A DNA stretch of 64,000 nt from Oscillospiraceae bacterium (GCA_016296235.1 JAEDJR010000001.1:8582-72581); one strand, 5' to 3'. Shown: positions 38,636 to 48,698, numbered from the stretch's first letter. A program made the numbers and translations. The notes: generated from the sequence alone by a model not told the origin.

Positions 38636-39985
38636 ATGGGTAAACTGTTTGGTACGGACGGAATTCGCGGCATTGCCAATGAAACATTGGATTGTGAGCT
38701 GGCATACCGCATTGGTCAGGCTGCGGCAATTTGCCTCTCCGAGAGAAAATCGGAGAAGCCGACTGTGGTCATTGGAAAGGATACGCGTATTTCCTCGGAT
38801 ATGCTGGAGAATGCGCTGCTGGCAGGACTGTGTGCCTGCGGCTGCAATGCGGTGCGCCTGGGCGTGATTCCCACCCCTGCGGTCGCCTATCTTACTGTGT
38901 TTTATCATGCAGATGCGGGCGTTGTGATTTCTGCGTCCCACAATCCGTATGAATACAATGGCATTAAAATGTTCTCTGCCGAAGGATTTAAGCTCAATGA
39001 CGCCCTGGAGGAAGAGATCGAGTCGCTGATATTGTCCGGCGAGAAGCTGCCGCTGAAAACAGGAGACGCCCTTGGCCGTGTGCTGGATGGAAAGCATGCG
39101 TCAGAATACTATATTCGCCATCTGGCGTCCACGGTGGACGATATTTCCGGATTAAGGGTTCTGGTGGACTGCGCCAACGGCGCGGCTTCCACAACGGCAC
39201 AGCGTCTGTTTAACCGGTTCGATCTCGATGCTGTGGTGATTAACGACAATCCCGACGGCGTCAATATCAACGACCATTGTGGTTCCACCCATCTGGAAGG
39301 CCTGGCCCAGCGGGTCAGAAACGGGTATTATGACTTGGGCATCGCCTTTGACGGAGACGCTGACCGCTGCCTTGTGGTGGATCAGGATGGCTGTGAGGTG
39401 GATGGCGATAAGATCATGGCAATCTGTGCCAAGTATCTGCACAACCAGGGCAGATTGCAGCAGGATGGCTTTGTTGCGACCGTGATGTCCAATTTGGGTT
39501 TACATAAGTACTGCGCCGAAAACGGCTTGAAGCTTCTGTGTGCGGCTGTAGGTGACCGGAATGTCCTGGAGCTGATGCAAAAGGAGCACATGGTTCTGGG
39601 CGGCGAGCAGTCCGGCCACATCATTTTCCTGGAACATATGACCACTGGCGACGGCCAGCTGGCAGCCCTGCAGTTCCTCCAAATCCTCTGTGAGAGCGGC
39701 AAAACCGTCAGCCAGCTGGCAGGGGAGATCTCCCGTTATCCGCAGGAGCTGATCAATGTAGCGGCGCCCCATGACGCTGCAGCGAGAAAAGCCCTGATTG
39801 CCTGTGAGCAGGTCCAGGCTGCCATTGCGCAGGGAGAAGCGTCTCTGTCTGGTGATGGACGGATTCTGGTCCGTGCATCCGGTACGGAAGCGCTGATTCG
39901 CGTCATGGTAGAGGCTTCGACCGTGGAGAAGGCGCACGCGGTTGCGCAATTGGTGGCGACTACCGTCGAAAACATACAAAAATAA
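38636..39985 (+). CDS. glmM: phosphoglucosamine mutase
   Basis: KLFGTDGIRG, active-site SASHNPYEYNGIK, FDGDADR and GGEQSGH. Confidence 0.95.
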   Translation: MGKLFGTDGIRGIANETLDCELAYRIGQAAAICLSERKSEKPTVVIGKDTRISSDMLENALLAGLCACGCNAVRLGVIPTPAVAYLTVFYHADAGVVISASHNPYEYNGIKMFSAEGFKLNDALEEEIESLILSGEKLPLKTGDALGRVLDGKHASEYYIRHLASTVDDISGLRVLVDCANGAASTTAQRLFNRFDLDAVVINDNPDGVNINDHCGSTHLEGLAQRVRNGYYDLGIAFDGDADRCLVVDQDGCEVDGDKIMAICAKYLHNQGRLQQDGFVATVMSNLGLHKYCAENGLKLLCAAVGDRNVLELMQKEHMVLGGEQSGHIIFLEHMTTGDGQLAALQFLQILCESGKTVSQLAGEISRYPQELINVAAPHDAAARKALIACEQVQAAIAQGEASLSGDGRILVRASGTEALIRVMVEASTVEKAHAVAQLVATTVENIQK

Positions 39986-40014
39986 AGAATAAATCGAAAA
40001 CAGTTTTATTATTA

Positions 40015-40044
40015 TTGACAAATACCCGCTTGGTGATATATAAT
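40015..40044 (+). promoter_or_regulatory. near-consensus sigma-A promoter (TTGACA-18-TATAAT) for the Zn-ribbon gene
   Basis: Hexamers read directly. Leaves a leader of about 115-120 nt. Confidence 0.55.
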
Positions 40045-40165
40045 ACTCTTGTGCCAAAAAAATGGCATATCAGAGTGCGGGAATTCTTGATGCCCGCTCG
40101 CAGACCCTGACCGAATGCCTTTGGGAAATACTTCAGGGAACAATTGCTAAAGAGAGGTAAGATCA

Positions 40166-40444
40166 ATGTACGAAGACAAGACTTTAGTTTGCAAGGAATG
40201 TGGCGCCGAATTTGTGTTCACTGCCGGTGAGCAGGAGTTCTATGCGGAGCGTGGCTTCCAGAACGAACCCCAGCGCTGCAAGGCCTGCCGTGATGCCCGC
40301 AAGAATGCGGCCCGCGGTCCCAGAGAGTATTTCACCGCTACCTGTGCTGCCTGCGGCGGCGAGGCGAAGGTTCCCTTCGAGCCCAAGTCCGACCGTCCCG
40401 TGTACTGCAGCGATTGCTTCGCTCGCATGAAGGGTCAGGGCTGA
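40166..40444 (+). CDS. zinc-ribbon domain protein (two CxxC...CxxC units)
   Basis: GAGAGG SD. LVCKECGAEFVFTAGEQEFYAERGFQNEPQRCKACR and TCAACGGEAKVPFEPKSDRPVYCSDCF. Confidence 0.7.
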   Translation: MYEDKTLVCKECGAEFVFTAGEQEFYAERGFQNEPQRCKACRDARKNAARGPREYFTATCAACGGEAKVPFEPKSDRPVYCSDCFARMKGQG

Positions 40445-40459
40445 TTTACCAAGACAGAA

Positions 40460-40491
40460 AAGGGCATGGCGTTCAGCCATGCCCTTCTTTT
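40460..40491. terminator. bidirectional terminator between the Zn-ribbon gene and hisIE
   Basis: 11-bp stem AAGGGCATGGC/GCCATGCCCTT followed by CTTTTAT. Confidence 0.7.
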
Positions 40492-41137
40492 ATACCATTT
40501 TCTCCTGCTTGATTTTCTTGTCAATCACATGGCGGGAGGCCAATTCTCTGCGGATGTCCTCCAGGGAGATTCCCATTTCAATCATCAATACCAGAACATG
40601 ATAGGTCAGATCCGCAATTTCATAGACCGTTTCCCCTTTGTCTCCTGCTTTTCCGGCGATGATTACCTCCGTGGTTTCTTCGCCGACTTTTTTCAGAATC
40701 TTGTCTATGCCCTTTTCAAACAGGTAGGAAGTATAGGAGCCCTCCTTCTTTTCCTGCTTTCGGCCGACCAGCATCTCCATCAAGCCGTCCAGGGAAAAAG
40801 GATGGAGATCCTCATTTTCCCAGACCGGCGTCTCAAAGCAGGAGTCGGTACCCAGGTGACAGGCCGGCCCGTCTTTCTCTACCAGGACTGTCAGGGCGTC
40901 CCGGTCGCAGTCGGCGGTGATGGAGACGATGTGCTGCACATTGCCGCTGGTCTCGCCCTTCCGCCAGAGGGTCTGACGGGAGCGGCTCCAGAAGCAGGTG
41001 CGCTTTTCCCGGATGGAAATCTCCAGGCTTTCGCGGTTCATGTAGGCCAGGGTCAAAACTTTTTTTGTTTCAGCGTCAACCACAATGGCAGGAATCAATC
41101 CATTTTCGTCAAATTTCAAGGTATTCAGATCCAGCAT
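40490..41137 (-). CDS. hisIE: bifunctional phosphoribosyl-AMP cyclohydrolase / phosphoribosyl-ATP diphosphatase
   Basis: HisI motifs (LIPAIVVD...[17 protein letters not shown]...DCDRDALT) followed by a HisE segment ([18 protein letters not shown]). Confidence 0.93.
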   Translation of the reverse strand: MLDLNTLKFDENGLIPAIVVDAETKKVLTLAYMNRESLEISIREKRTCFWSRSRQTLWRKGETSGNVQHIVSITADCDRDALTVLVEKDGPACHLGTDSCFETPVWENEDLHPFSLDGLMEMLVGRKQEKKEGSYTSYLFEKGIDKILKKVGEETTEVIIAGKAGDKGETVYEIADLTYHVLVLMIEMGISLEDIRRELASRHVIDKKIKQEKMV

Positions 41138-41138
41138 T

Positions 41139-41897
41139 TCAATCCCTCACATGAATATTGTGTTCCCGAAGTGTCTGCTTCAGAACCGGAATTTCCAACT
41201 CTCCGAAATGGAAAATGGAGGCGGCCAGTCCGGCGGATACATCGGGGATTTTTTGGAACAAGGTGACAAAGTCCTCTGCAGATCCCGCACCGCCGGAGGC
41301 AATAACCGGGACGTTGACTGCGGAGCAGACGGCCTCCAGCATGGGTAAATCGAAGCCCTGGCGGACGCCGTCGGTATCGATGGAATTGACCACAACTTCT
41401 CCGGCTCCGGCGGCGACGCAGGATTTGATCCAGGAAATGGCCTCTAGACCCGTATCCTCCCGGCCGCCTTTGGCAAAGACCCGGAATTGTCCGGCAACTC
41501 GTTTTACGTCACAGGACAGCACAACACACTGGTTGCCGTATTTCTTTGCAGCCTCCCCAATCAGGGAGGGATTTCGGATGGCACCGGAATTGACGCTGAC
41601 CTTGTCGGCGCCGCATTTCAGCACACGATCAAAATCGTCAATGGTGTTTATGCCGCCGCCCACGGTCAGCGGAATAAATACCTGGCTGGCAGTTTCCCGG
41701 AGAATGTCCGTAAACAGTGCCCGGCCTTCGGCGGAGGCCGTGATATCATAGAACACCAGCTCATCTGCGCCGCAGTCGCTGTAGAACTGGGCCAGCTTCA
41801 CAGGGGAGGAAACATCTGACAGGCCCAGGAAATTGACGCCTTTGACCACGCGGCCGTCCTTTACGTCCAGACAGGGGATAATCCGTTTTGTAATCAT
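41139..41897 (-). CDS. hisF: imidazole glycerol phosphate synthase cyclase subunit
   Basis: [17 protein letters not shown]...PLTVGGGI...ASIFHF. Confidence 0.95.
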   Translation of the reverse strand: MITKRIIPCLDVKDGRVVKGVNFLGLSDVSSPVKLAQFYSDCGADELVFYDITASAEGRALFTDILRETASQVFIPLTVGGGINTIDDFDRVLKCGADKVSVNSGAIRNPSLIGEAAKKYGNQCVVLSCDVKRVAGQFRVFAKGGREDTGLEAISWIKSCVAAGAGEVVVNSIDTDGVRQGFDLPMLEAVCSAVNVPVIASGGAGSAEDFVTLFQKIPDVSAGLAASIFHFGELEIPVLKQTLREHNIHVRD

Positions 41898-42607
41898 GAT
41901 GCCACCTCGATTGCCTGGCGCAGGTCAATGGCGCCGGTATAATAGGCTTTTCCGATGATCGCACCGTAGAGATCCATCTCCCGCAGGGCTTTGACATCTG
42001 CCAGGGAGGACACCCCGCCGGAGGCCACAATGTCCATCCGGTAGGCCTGCGACAGCTGCCGGTAGAGGTTCAGATTGGTGCCCGCCATGGCGCCGTCCCG
42101 GGAGATATCCGTGCAGATAATGGTTTGAACCCCCAATTTTTGCATCTTTTCAAAAAATTGGCTGCAGGTATATGCGGACTGCTCCGTCCATCCTTTGATG
42201 GAAACATAGCCGTCCCGGATATCGACGCCCACAGCGATGCGGCTGCCCCATGCGGCAACGGCCTGCCGCAGAAAAGCTTCATCGGTAACGGCGGCTGTGC
42301 CCAGAATCACACGGCTGACGCCGGCTGTGAGATAGGTTTCCACCGTTTCCATGGAGCGAATCCCGCCGCCGACCTCCGTAAAGAGGGAAGTCTCCGACAC
42401 AATGCGGGTAATCACCTCCAGATTGGGGGTTCCGCCGTTTTTCGCTCCTTCCAAATCCACCAAGTGCAGGCAGGATGCGCCCTGGGACTGGAATGTCCGG
42501 GCGACCCGCAGGGGATCGGTGTCATAGACGGTCATCTGGGCATAGTCGCCCTGGTACAGGCGCACGGCCTGCCCCTGTACCAGATCAATTGCCGGAAAAA
42601 TCAGCAT
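41894..42607 (-). CDS. hisA: ProFAR isomerase (1-(5-phosphoribosyl)-5-[(5-phosphoribosylamino)methylideneamino]imidazole-4-carboxamide isomerase)
   Basis: MLIFPAIDLVQGQAVRLYQGDY...HLVDLEGA...GGGIRS. Confidence 0.93.
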   Translation of the reverse strand: MLIFPAIDLVQGQAVRLYQGDYAQMTVYDTDPLRVARTFQSQGASCLHLVDLEGAKNGGTPNLEVITRIVSETSLFTEVGGGIRSMETVETYLTAGVSRVILGTAAVTDEAFLRQAVAAWGSRIAVGVDIRDGYVSIKGWTEQSAYTCSQFFEKMQKLGVQTIICTDISRDGAMAGTNLNLYRQLSQAYRMDIVASGGVSSLADVKALREMDLYGAIIGKAYYTGAIDLRQAIEVAS

Positions 42608-42608
42608 C

Positions 42609-43229
42609 TCAAACCTCCAAATCGCAGAACGCTTTCAGAATCTGCAAACCGACCCGGCCGCTTTTTTCCGGATGGAACTGACAGCCGTAGACATTTCCCT
42701 GGGCTACCGCCGCTGTCAGTTCCGCACCGTACTGGGCGGTGGCAGCCAGACTGTCGGCACAGTCCACTGCGTAGTAGGAGTGGACAAAATAGACAAAGTC
42801 TCCCTCCTGAATGCCTGAAAAGAGGGGACAGGCCGGCTGCTGAAAATGCAGGGCATTCCATCCCATGTGAGGGATGGGCAGGGAAACGGGAATTCGCCCC
42901 TCCATGGAAACCACGCGCCCCCGGAGCAGGCCCAATCCCTGATGTTCCCCGTATTCCTCGCTGGTTTGAAAAAGCAGCTGCATTCCGAGACAGATTCCCA
43001 ACAGCGGTTTGCTCCTTGAGACTTCCTCCAGTATGATCTGGTCGAGGCCGCTGGTTCTCAATTTCCCGGCCGCATCGCCAAAGGCGCCCACGCCCGGCAG
43101 AATCAGCTTTTCTGCCTGCCGCAGTACGGCGGGATCGTGAGAAACAACCACATCCGCGCCTACCTTTTCCAGGGAACAGCGGAGGGAAAACAGGTTCCCA
43201 ACGCCATAGTCAATGATCGCCAGCATCAC
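42609..43229 (-). CDS. hisH: imidazole glycerol phosphate synthase glutamine amidotransferase subunit
   Basis: IAIIDYGVGNLFS...GICLGMQLL...HSY...FHPEKS. Confidence 0.95.
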   Translation of the reverse strand: MMLAIIDYGVGNLFSLRCSLEKVGADVVVSHDPAVLRQAEKLILPGVGAFGDAAGKLRTSGLDQIILEEVSRSKPLLGICLGMQLLFQTSEEYGEHQGLGLLRGRVVSMEGRIPVSLPIPHMGWNALHFQQPACPLFSGIQEGDFVYFVHSYYAVDCADSLAATAQYGAELTAAVAQGNVYGCQFHPEKSGRVGLQILKAFCDLEV

Positions 43230-43813
43230 AGAACCCCTTTCGTCGAAGGAATCTCTCCGGCAGCGGCAGGATCCGGCGCCACGGCCTGCCGGAGGCTTCG
43301 GGCAGCCGACTTGAAGGCACCTTCCACGATATGGTGGCTGTTGCGCCCGGCCAATTGGCGGATGTGCAGCGTCAGGTTGGCGCAGCGGGAGAAGGCCTGC
43401 CAGAACTCCTCCGTCAATTCCGTATCAAAGGTGCCGATTTTCTCCGTCGGAATCTCCAGGCCATAGGCCAGAAGTCCCCGGCCGGAACAATCGACGGCAG
43501 TGAGAATCAGAGCTTCGTCCATGGGGAGCGTCGCGGATCCATAGCGGTTGATGCCCCGGCGATCGCCGAGGGCCTGGTCAAAGGCCTTCCCCAGGCAGAT
43601 TCCGATATCCTCCACGGTGTGGTGGTCGTCCACCCGGGTATCTCCCCGGCACTGCACGTCCAGATCAAAGCGGCCGTGCCTGGCAAAGAGCGTCAGCATA
43701 TGATCCAGGAATCCGCAGCCGGTATCAATCCGGCTGCTCCCGGTGCCGTCCAGGTTCAGGGAAAGGGAAATCTGGGTTTCTGCTGTTTTGCGTTCCAATT
43801 GTGCTGTTCTCAT
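43226..43813 (-). CDS. hisB: imidazoleglycerol-phosphate dehydratase
   Basis: RKTAETQISLSLNLDG...DHHTVEDIGI...GRNSHHIVEGAFK. Confidence 0.95.
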   Translation of the reverse strand: MRTAQLERKTAETQISLSLNLDGTGSSRIDTGCGFLDHMLTLFARHGRFDLDVQCRGDTRVDDHHTVEDIGICLGKAFDQALGDRRGINRYGSATLPMDEALILTAVDCSGRGLLAYGLEIPTEKIGTFDTELTEEFWQAFSRCANLTLHIRQLAGRNSHHIVEGAFKSAARSLRQAVAPDPAAAGEIPSTKGVL

Positions 43814-44877
43814 ACGCTGCCTCCCAGAATGTCGGAGATGGTGCTGACCAGAAGCTGCATTTGCTCCATGGTGCCGATGGTGATGCGGTTGAAGTTTCGG
43901 ATTCTCGGCTCCTCAAAATGGCGCACCAGAATGCCGCGCCGCTTTAACTCTGCGTATAAATCCATTCCGCTCACTTGAGAATGGGCGGCAAATATAAAGT
44001 TTGACTGAGAGGGGATCACCGTAAAGCCCAGACCTTCCAGCGCCTGCGCGGCATACTCCCTGGCCGCCATGATCTTTTGACAGTTGGTTTCGTAGTACGC
44101 CGTGGCGTCCAGGGCCGCAATGCCGGCAGCCATGGTCAGCCGGTTGATATTATAGGGATTGGTGGAATACTTCAGCCGGTTCAGATCGGCAATCAGGTCC
44201 CGATTGCCGATGGCAAAGCCCAGACGCGCACCGGCCAGACTGCGGGACTTGGAAAAGGTCTGAACCACCAAAAGGTTGGGGTATTTTTTAATCAAAGGCA
44301 CACAGCTCTCCGCGCCGAAGTCCACATAGGCCTCGTCCACCAGCACCACATGATCGGGATTGGTGGCGATGATTTCCTCCATCTGCCACAGGGGCAGCGC
44401 CCGGCCCACCTGGGCATTGGGATTGGCCAGCACGATCATGGAATCCTGATGGCAATAATCTCGGTAATCCACGGAAAAATCCTCGGCCAGCGGGATCTTT
44501 TTGGCTTCAATCTGATACAGATCCGCATAGACCTGATAAAAGCCGTAGGTGATGTCCGGAAAGATTGCCCGTCCCGGAGTGCCGGAGAATGCCATAAAGG
44601 CGAAATTCAAAATATCGTCGGAGCCATTGGAGACATACACATTCTCCGGCGTCACATGATACGTCTGAGCCAGCTTTTCCAGCAGAGGCTTGCAGGTGGG
44701 ATCGGAATACAGCCGCAGGTCTTGCAGCTCCTTTTCCCCAATGGCGGCGACCACCTGCGGCGCTGCGGGGAAGGGGGATTCGTTGGTGTTCAGTTTGACA
44801 TAGACCTGATCCTGAGGCTGTTCGCCGGGGGTGTAGACACACAGGCTCTGATAACGGTCATTTAAGTACTTACTCAT
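43810..44877 (-). CDS. hisC: histidinol-phosphate aminotransferase
   Basis: LNTNESP...YSD...NPNAQVG...TFSKSRSLAGARLG (PLP lysine). Confidence 0.93.
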   Translation of the reverse strand: MSKYLNDRYQSLCVYTPGEQPQDQVYVKLNTNESPFPAAPQVVAAIGEKELQDLRLYSDPTCKPLLEKLAQTYHVTPENVYVSNGSDDILNFAFMAFSGTPGRAIFPDITYGFYQVYADLYQIEAKKIPLAEDFSVDYRDYCHQDSMIVLANPNAQVGRALPLWQMEEIIATNPDHVVLVDEAYVDFGAESCVPLIKKYPNLLVVQTFSKSRSLAGARLGFAIGNRDLIADLNRLKYSTNPYNINRLTMAAGIAALDATAYYETNCQKIMAAREYAAQALEGLGFTVIPSQSNFIFAAHSQVSGMDLYAELKRRGILVRHFEEPRIRNFNRITIGTMEQMQLLVSTISDILGGSV

Positions 44878-46157
44878 GACTGGGACTCCTCAAACCGGAT
44901 CAGGGCGCTGCGGGCGTGGGCCTGCAGGCCCTCTTTTTCTGCAAAGGCAGCGATGCTGCCGGATACTTTCTGCAGCGCTTCCCGGGTAAAATAGGTGTAT
45001 TGGGACCTTTTCACAAAATCATCCACGGAGAGGGGACTGGAGAAGCGGGCTGTGCCGCTGGTGGGCAGGGTATGGTTGGGGCCGGCCAGATAATCCCCCA
45101 GCGCTTCCGGACAATAACGGCCCAGGAAGATGGAGCCGGCATTGCGGACGGCGTCCAGATAATCAAAGGGATTATCCACGCACAGCTCCAGATGCTCCGG
45201 GGCCAGATCATTGGCGATGTCGATGGCCCTGGAAATGCTGTCCGTTACAATGATTTTGCCGTTGCTGTCTATAGAGACCCTGGCAATCTCCTGCCGCGGC
45301 AGACGCCGCAGCTGGCATTCCACTTCTTTTTGTACAGCTTCAGCCAATGCCATGCTGTCGGTGATTAAAACCGCGCTGGCCATGCGGTCGTGCTCCGCCT
45401 GGCTCAGCAGATCGGAGGCCAGGTGGACGGGATTGCTGTTGCCGTCGGCTACAACCAGAATCTCGCTGGGGCCGGCGATCATATCGATCGATACCAGGCC
45501 AAAGACCTGTCGCTTTGCTTCCGCCACATAGGCGTTGCCAGGCCCGACAATTTTGTCCACTTTGGGAATGGACTGGGTGCCGTAGGCCAGAGCGCCAATG
45601 GCCTGGGCGCCGCCGACCTTGAAGACCCGGTCAACGCCTGCGATGCTGGCTGCGGCCAGAATGGCGTCCGGCAGCTTGCCGCCAGGGCCGGGAGGCGTAA
45701 CAATGACGATCTCCCGGCAGCCTGCCAGCTTGGCGGGGATGGCGTCCATCAGTACCGTGGAGGGATAGGCAGCTGTGCCGCCGGGCACATACAGGCCCAC
45801 TTTTTCAATGGGGATGATTTTCTGTCCCATGACCACGCCTGGCTTCTCGGTCAGAATAAAGCTGCTGCGCAGCTGCTGCCGGTGGAAGCTTCGAATGTTC
45901 TCTGCGGCTTCCCGCAGAATGTCCAGAAAACCGGGATCCGTTGCGGCGATTGCAGCGTCGATTTCCTCCTGGCTGACTTCCAGTGCAGTCAGATGAGCAT
46001 GGTCGAAGCGCTCACAGTATTGAAACAGGGCGGAATCGCCGTTTTGCCGCACATCCGCAAGGATTGCGGAAACAGTGGCCGATACATCCACGCCGGATCC
46101 GGCCCGTGCAAGGATCTCCCGGGCGGAGACGTCGCTTTCCTTGAGTATTCTCATCAT
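44874..46157 (-). CDS. hisD: histidinol dehydrogenase
   Basis: VPGGTAAYPSTVLM, AGPSEILVVAD, QAEHD and GDYLAGPNHTLPT. Confidence 0.95.
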   Translation of the reverse strand: MMRILKESDVSAREILARAGSGVDVSATVSAILADVRQNGDSALFQYCERFDHAHLTALEVSQEEIDAAIAATDPGFLDILREAAENIRSFHRQQLRSSFILTEKPGVVMGQKIIPIEKVGLYVPGGTAAYPSTVLMDAIPAKLAGCREIVIVTPPGPGGKLPDAILAAASIAGVDRVFKVGGAQAIGALAYGTQSIPKVDKIVGPGNAYVAEAKRQVFGLVSIDMIAGPSEILVVADGNSNPVHLASDLLSQAEHDRMASAVLITDSMALAEAVQKEVECQLRRLPRQEIARVSIDSNGKIIVTDSISRAIDIANDLAPEHLELCVDNPFDYLDAVRNAGSIFLGRYCPEALGDYLAGPNHTLPTSGTARFSSPLSVDDFVKRSQYTYFTREALQKVSGSIAAFAEKEGLQAHARSALIRFEESQS

Positions 46158-46780
46158 CAGGGGTTCACCTGGCCTTTCAGTGCCGCAGCTATGGTTGAGA
46201 TTTCAGAGTATTTGAACTGATAGGAGACTTTGTTGCTGATCAGACGTGCGCTGATGGGAACGATTGTTTCAAAGGGAACCAGGTCGTTTTCTTTCAGCGT
46301 GGTACCCGTCTCCACAATATCCACGATCACATCGGACAATCCCAGAATGGGGGCCAGCTCAATGGAGCCGTTGAGATGGATGATGTCGATGTCGCGGCAC
46401 TGCGCGCTGTAGTATTTCTTTGCAATATTGGTATACTTCGTAGCAACGCGCAGGGTCTTGTCCGGATCGTCCCGGAAGCCGCGTTTGGAGGCTACAGCCA
46501 TGCGGCAATTGCCCATGTGCAGATCCAGCAGCTCGTAAACCTGCGGTGCATATTCCAGCAGAATGTCTTTTCCCGCAACGCCGAGATCGGCCGCGCCCCG
46601 TTCCACATAGATTGCCACGTCAGACGGCTTCACCCAGAAGAACCGAACACCGGCGCCTTCGTTTTCAAAAATCAGCTTTCGGCTGTTTTCGCGGATAGAC
46701 GGGCAGCCGTATCCGGACGCCTCAAACAGATCATAGACCTTTTCTCCCAGGCGCCCTTTGGGGAGAGCGATATTAACCAT
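46157..46780 (-). CDS. hisG: ATP phosphoribosyltransferase, short (HisZ-dependent) form
   Basis: MVNIALPKGRL...DIVETGTTLKENDL. About 207 aa, consistent with the short form. Confidence 0.93.
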   Translation of the reverse strand: MVNIALPKGRLGEKVYDLFEASGYGCPSIRENSRKLIFENEGAGVRFFWVKPSDVAIYVERGAADLGVAGKDILLEYAPQVYELLDLHMGNCRMAVASKRGFRDDPDKTLRVATKYTNIAKKYYSAQCRDIDIIHLNGSIELAPILGLSDVIVDIVETGTTLKENDLVPFETIVPISARLISNKVSYQFKYSEISTIAAALKGQVNP

Positions 46781-47858
46781 GGTATTCAATCTCTGTGACC
46801 CTCCCATTCTGAAAGCGCATGACACGGCGGCAGGTCAGACGCGGCGGCATGGATTTGGTAAGCAGCACACCGTTTTCGGCCAGCTGATCGGCCGCAGCTG
46901 AAAGAGCCAAAGGATCTGCTTCGTCTGAATAGATCAGAACTGTGTCAACATCATAGGTTTTTTTCCGGTCTTCCAACAGCTCCAGCTGATCCAGATACAC
47001 AGCAAAGCCAACGCCCTTGGCGTGCTTGTTCAGGCGTATCAGAAGCCGGTCATACTGGCCGCCGGACAGAACCTCCGATGGAATTCCTTCAATATAGCCC
47101 CGGAATACGATTCCGTTGTAATAATTGCGATCACCGATAATCGAGAAATCCAACCGAACGTGGTCTGCCAGTCCTGCCTGCTCCAGCAGTGCGGCCACCG
47201 TCTGCAATTCCGAGCGGGCCTTCCCGGGCGGCAGCGCGTTGACCGCCTGCAAGATGCAGCTGTTCTGCATCATCAGTGAAGCCAACTGTTCCACCAGCTC
47301 CGCCGGTGCGCCGCTGCAGCAATCCCGGAGGGATGCCTCATTCTTTTCGCGCAGGCACTGCAGGGCTGTCTGGGAAGCTTCGTCCCCGAGCTGCATCTCC
47401 TGCAGAAGCGGTTCAATGATCCCCAGATGGGAGACCGTCAGCAAAAAGCTGGGGGAGATACACTGCAGGCTTCTGGCTGCAAGAAGAAGAACCTCTCCCA
47501 GCTCATATATTCCGATATCGCCCAGACACTCCAACCCTGTCTGCATGATTTCTCGGAAGCCCTTTCCCGGTCCGGCAATGCGGTAGACATTCTCACTGTA
47601 GCAGACCTTTTGAAGGGAGTCGTGACCATCGCGGCAGTTTTTGACAATGGACAGTGTCACATCCGGCTTCAGGGCCAGCAGGGCGCCGTCTGTATCCGTG
47701 AAAGTAATCACGCCTTCTGAGACGAGAAATTCTTTATTTTGCAGATAGAGCGAGTAGGGTTCAAACTTGCTCATTTTGAATTGTGCGTAGCCGTAACGGT
47801 GGTACAACGCCCGCAGGGAGAAGGATACTTGTTCTTCCAGCTTCATCAGCTCAGTCAT
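46773..47858 (-). CDS. hisZ: ATP phosphoribosyltransferase regulatory subunit
   Basis: GGAGG-like SD. HisRS-like core without an anticodon domain. Directly upstream of short hisG with an 8-nt overlap. Confidence 0.85.
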   Translation of the reverse strand: MTELMKLEEQVSFSLRALYHRYGYAQFKMSKFEPYSLYLQNKEFLVSEGVITFTDTDGALLALKPDVTLSIVKNCRDGHDSLQKVCYSENVYRIAGPGKGFREIMQTGLECLGDIGIYELGEVLLLAARSLQCISPSFLLTVSHLGIIEPLLQEMQLGDEASQTALQCLREKNEASLRDCCSGAPAELVEQLASLMMQNSCILQAVNALPPGKARSELQTVAALLEQAGLADHVRLDFSIIGDRNYYNGIVFRGYIEGIPSEVLSGGQYDRLLIRLNKHAKGVGFAVYLDQLELLEDRKKTYDVDTVLIYSDEADPLALSAAADQLAENGVLLTKSMPPRLTCRRVMRFQNGRVTEIEYHG

Positions 47859-48153
47859 GATTGTCCTCCGTTGGGCAGATGCGCTCCAAAACCGTCCGGT
47901 AACCGCTGTTGCCGTACAACAGGCACTTCTTGACACGGCAAATGGTTGCCGTACTGGCACCGGAGGACTGGTTGATGGCACTGTAGCTTTTCCCTTGCCA
48001 CAGCTGGGAGGCGACCTCAAAACGCTGCGCGATCTCCTGAATCTCCTTGATGGTACAGGCGTCCTCAAAAAACGCGTAGCATTCCTCAGGGGTTTTCAAA
48101 GACAAGATTGCCCGGAACAGAAGGTCGACATTTTCCTGATGCAGAATATCCAT
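47851..48153 (-). CDS. yerC: YerC/YecD family TrpR-like DNA-binding protein (start at 48153 or 48180)
   Basis: LFRAILSLKTPEECYAFFEDACTIKEIQEIAQRFEVA...STATICRVKKCL is the YerC/TrpR-like pattern. 8-nt overlap with hisZ. Confidence 0.8.
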   Translation of the reverse strand: MDILHQENVDLLFRAILSLKTPEECYAFFEDACTIKEIQEIAQRFEVASQLWQGKSYSAINQSSGASTATICRVKKCLLYGNSGYRTVLERICPTEDNHD

Positions 48154-48186
48154 GGCCCATTTCCTTTCTTTTACTACCATGGTAAT

Positions 48187-48215
48187 ATTCTAATGCTCTA
48201 CCGCGCTAAAATCAA
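48187..48215 (-). promoter_or_regulatory. sigma-A-type promoter (TTGATT-17-TAGAAT) for the yerC-his operon
   Basis: Hexamers read on the minus strand. The predicted TSS near 48180 favours the internal ATG at 48153 as the yerC start. Confidence 0.45.
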
Positions 48216-48271
48216 TAGAAACCTTTTTGGCGGATTTCACAAAACAATTTGCGTTGGGCAAGGAGTACCCT

Positions 48272-48318
48272 GGCAAAAAGAACAAGGCAGCATGACTCGT
48301 GCCATGCTGCCTTGTTCT
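48272..48318 (-). terminator. rho-independent terminator of rnpB
   Basis: Perfect 16-bp stem (48279-48294 / 48303-48318) followed on the minus strand by CTTTTTG. Confidence 0.8.
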
Positions 48319-48663
48319 GCGATCGGGTCTGTAAGCCGGGTTCTGTAATCGACAGTCATCTATCTAGACGCAGTGTTGCCGCTGCGTTCCAGCCACCTTC
48401 TCGGAAGCAGCCGGGCCAGCCTTGCTTCCTCTGCGGTGTTGCTCCGGATAGAGTTTACAGCGATGGATGCTTCCACACCATCGGGGGCGCTCTTACCGCA
48501 CCTTTCCACCCTTACCCCACGAAAGCGGGGCGGTATCTCTCTGTTGCACTTTTCCTGAAGTCGCCTTCGGCGGGCGTTACCCGTTATCCTTGCCCTGTGG
48601 AGCCCGGACTTTCCTCATGTACGGCCTTTCGGCACTGCACACGCGACTGTCCGACCTGGTCGC
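48319..48663 (-). ncRNA. rnpB: RNase P RNA (bacterial type A-like)
   Basis: The minus strand contains universally conserved GAGGAAAGTCCGGGCTCCACAGGGCA (CR-I region) and ACAGAACCCGGCTTACAG (CR-V region). Terminal P1-like pairing. Own promoter and terminator. Confidence 0.92.
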
Positions 48664-48669
48664 AGCGTT

Positions 48670-48698
48670 ATTTTACTTTATTTTTGCCTGCTTGTCAA
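48670..48698 (-). promoter_or_regulatory. sigma-A-type promoter (TTGACA-17-TAAAAT) for rnpB
   Basis: Hexamers read on the minus strand, with the -10 ending about 7 nt from the predicted 5' end. Confidence 0.6.
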
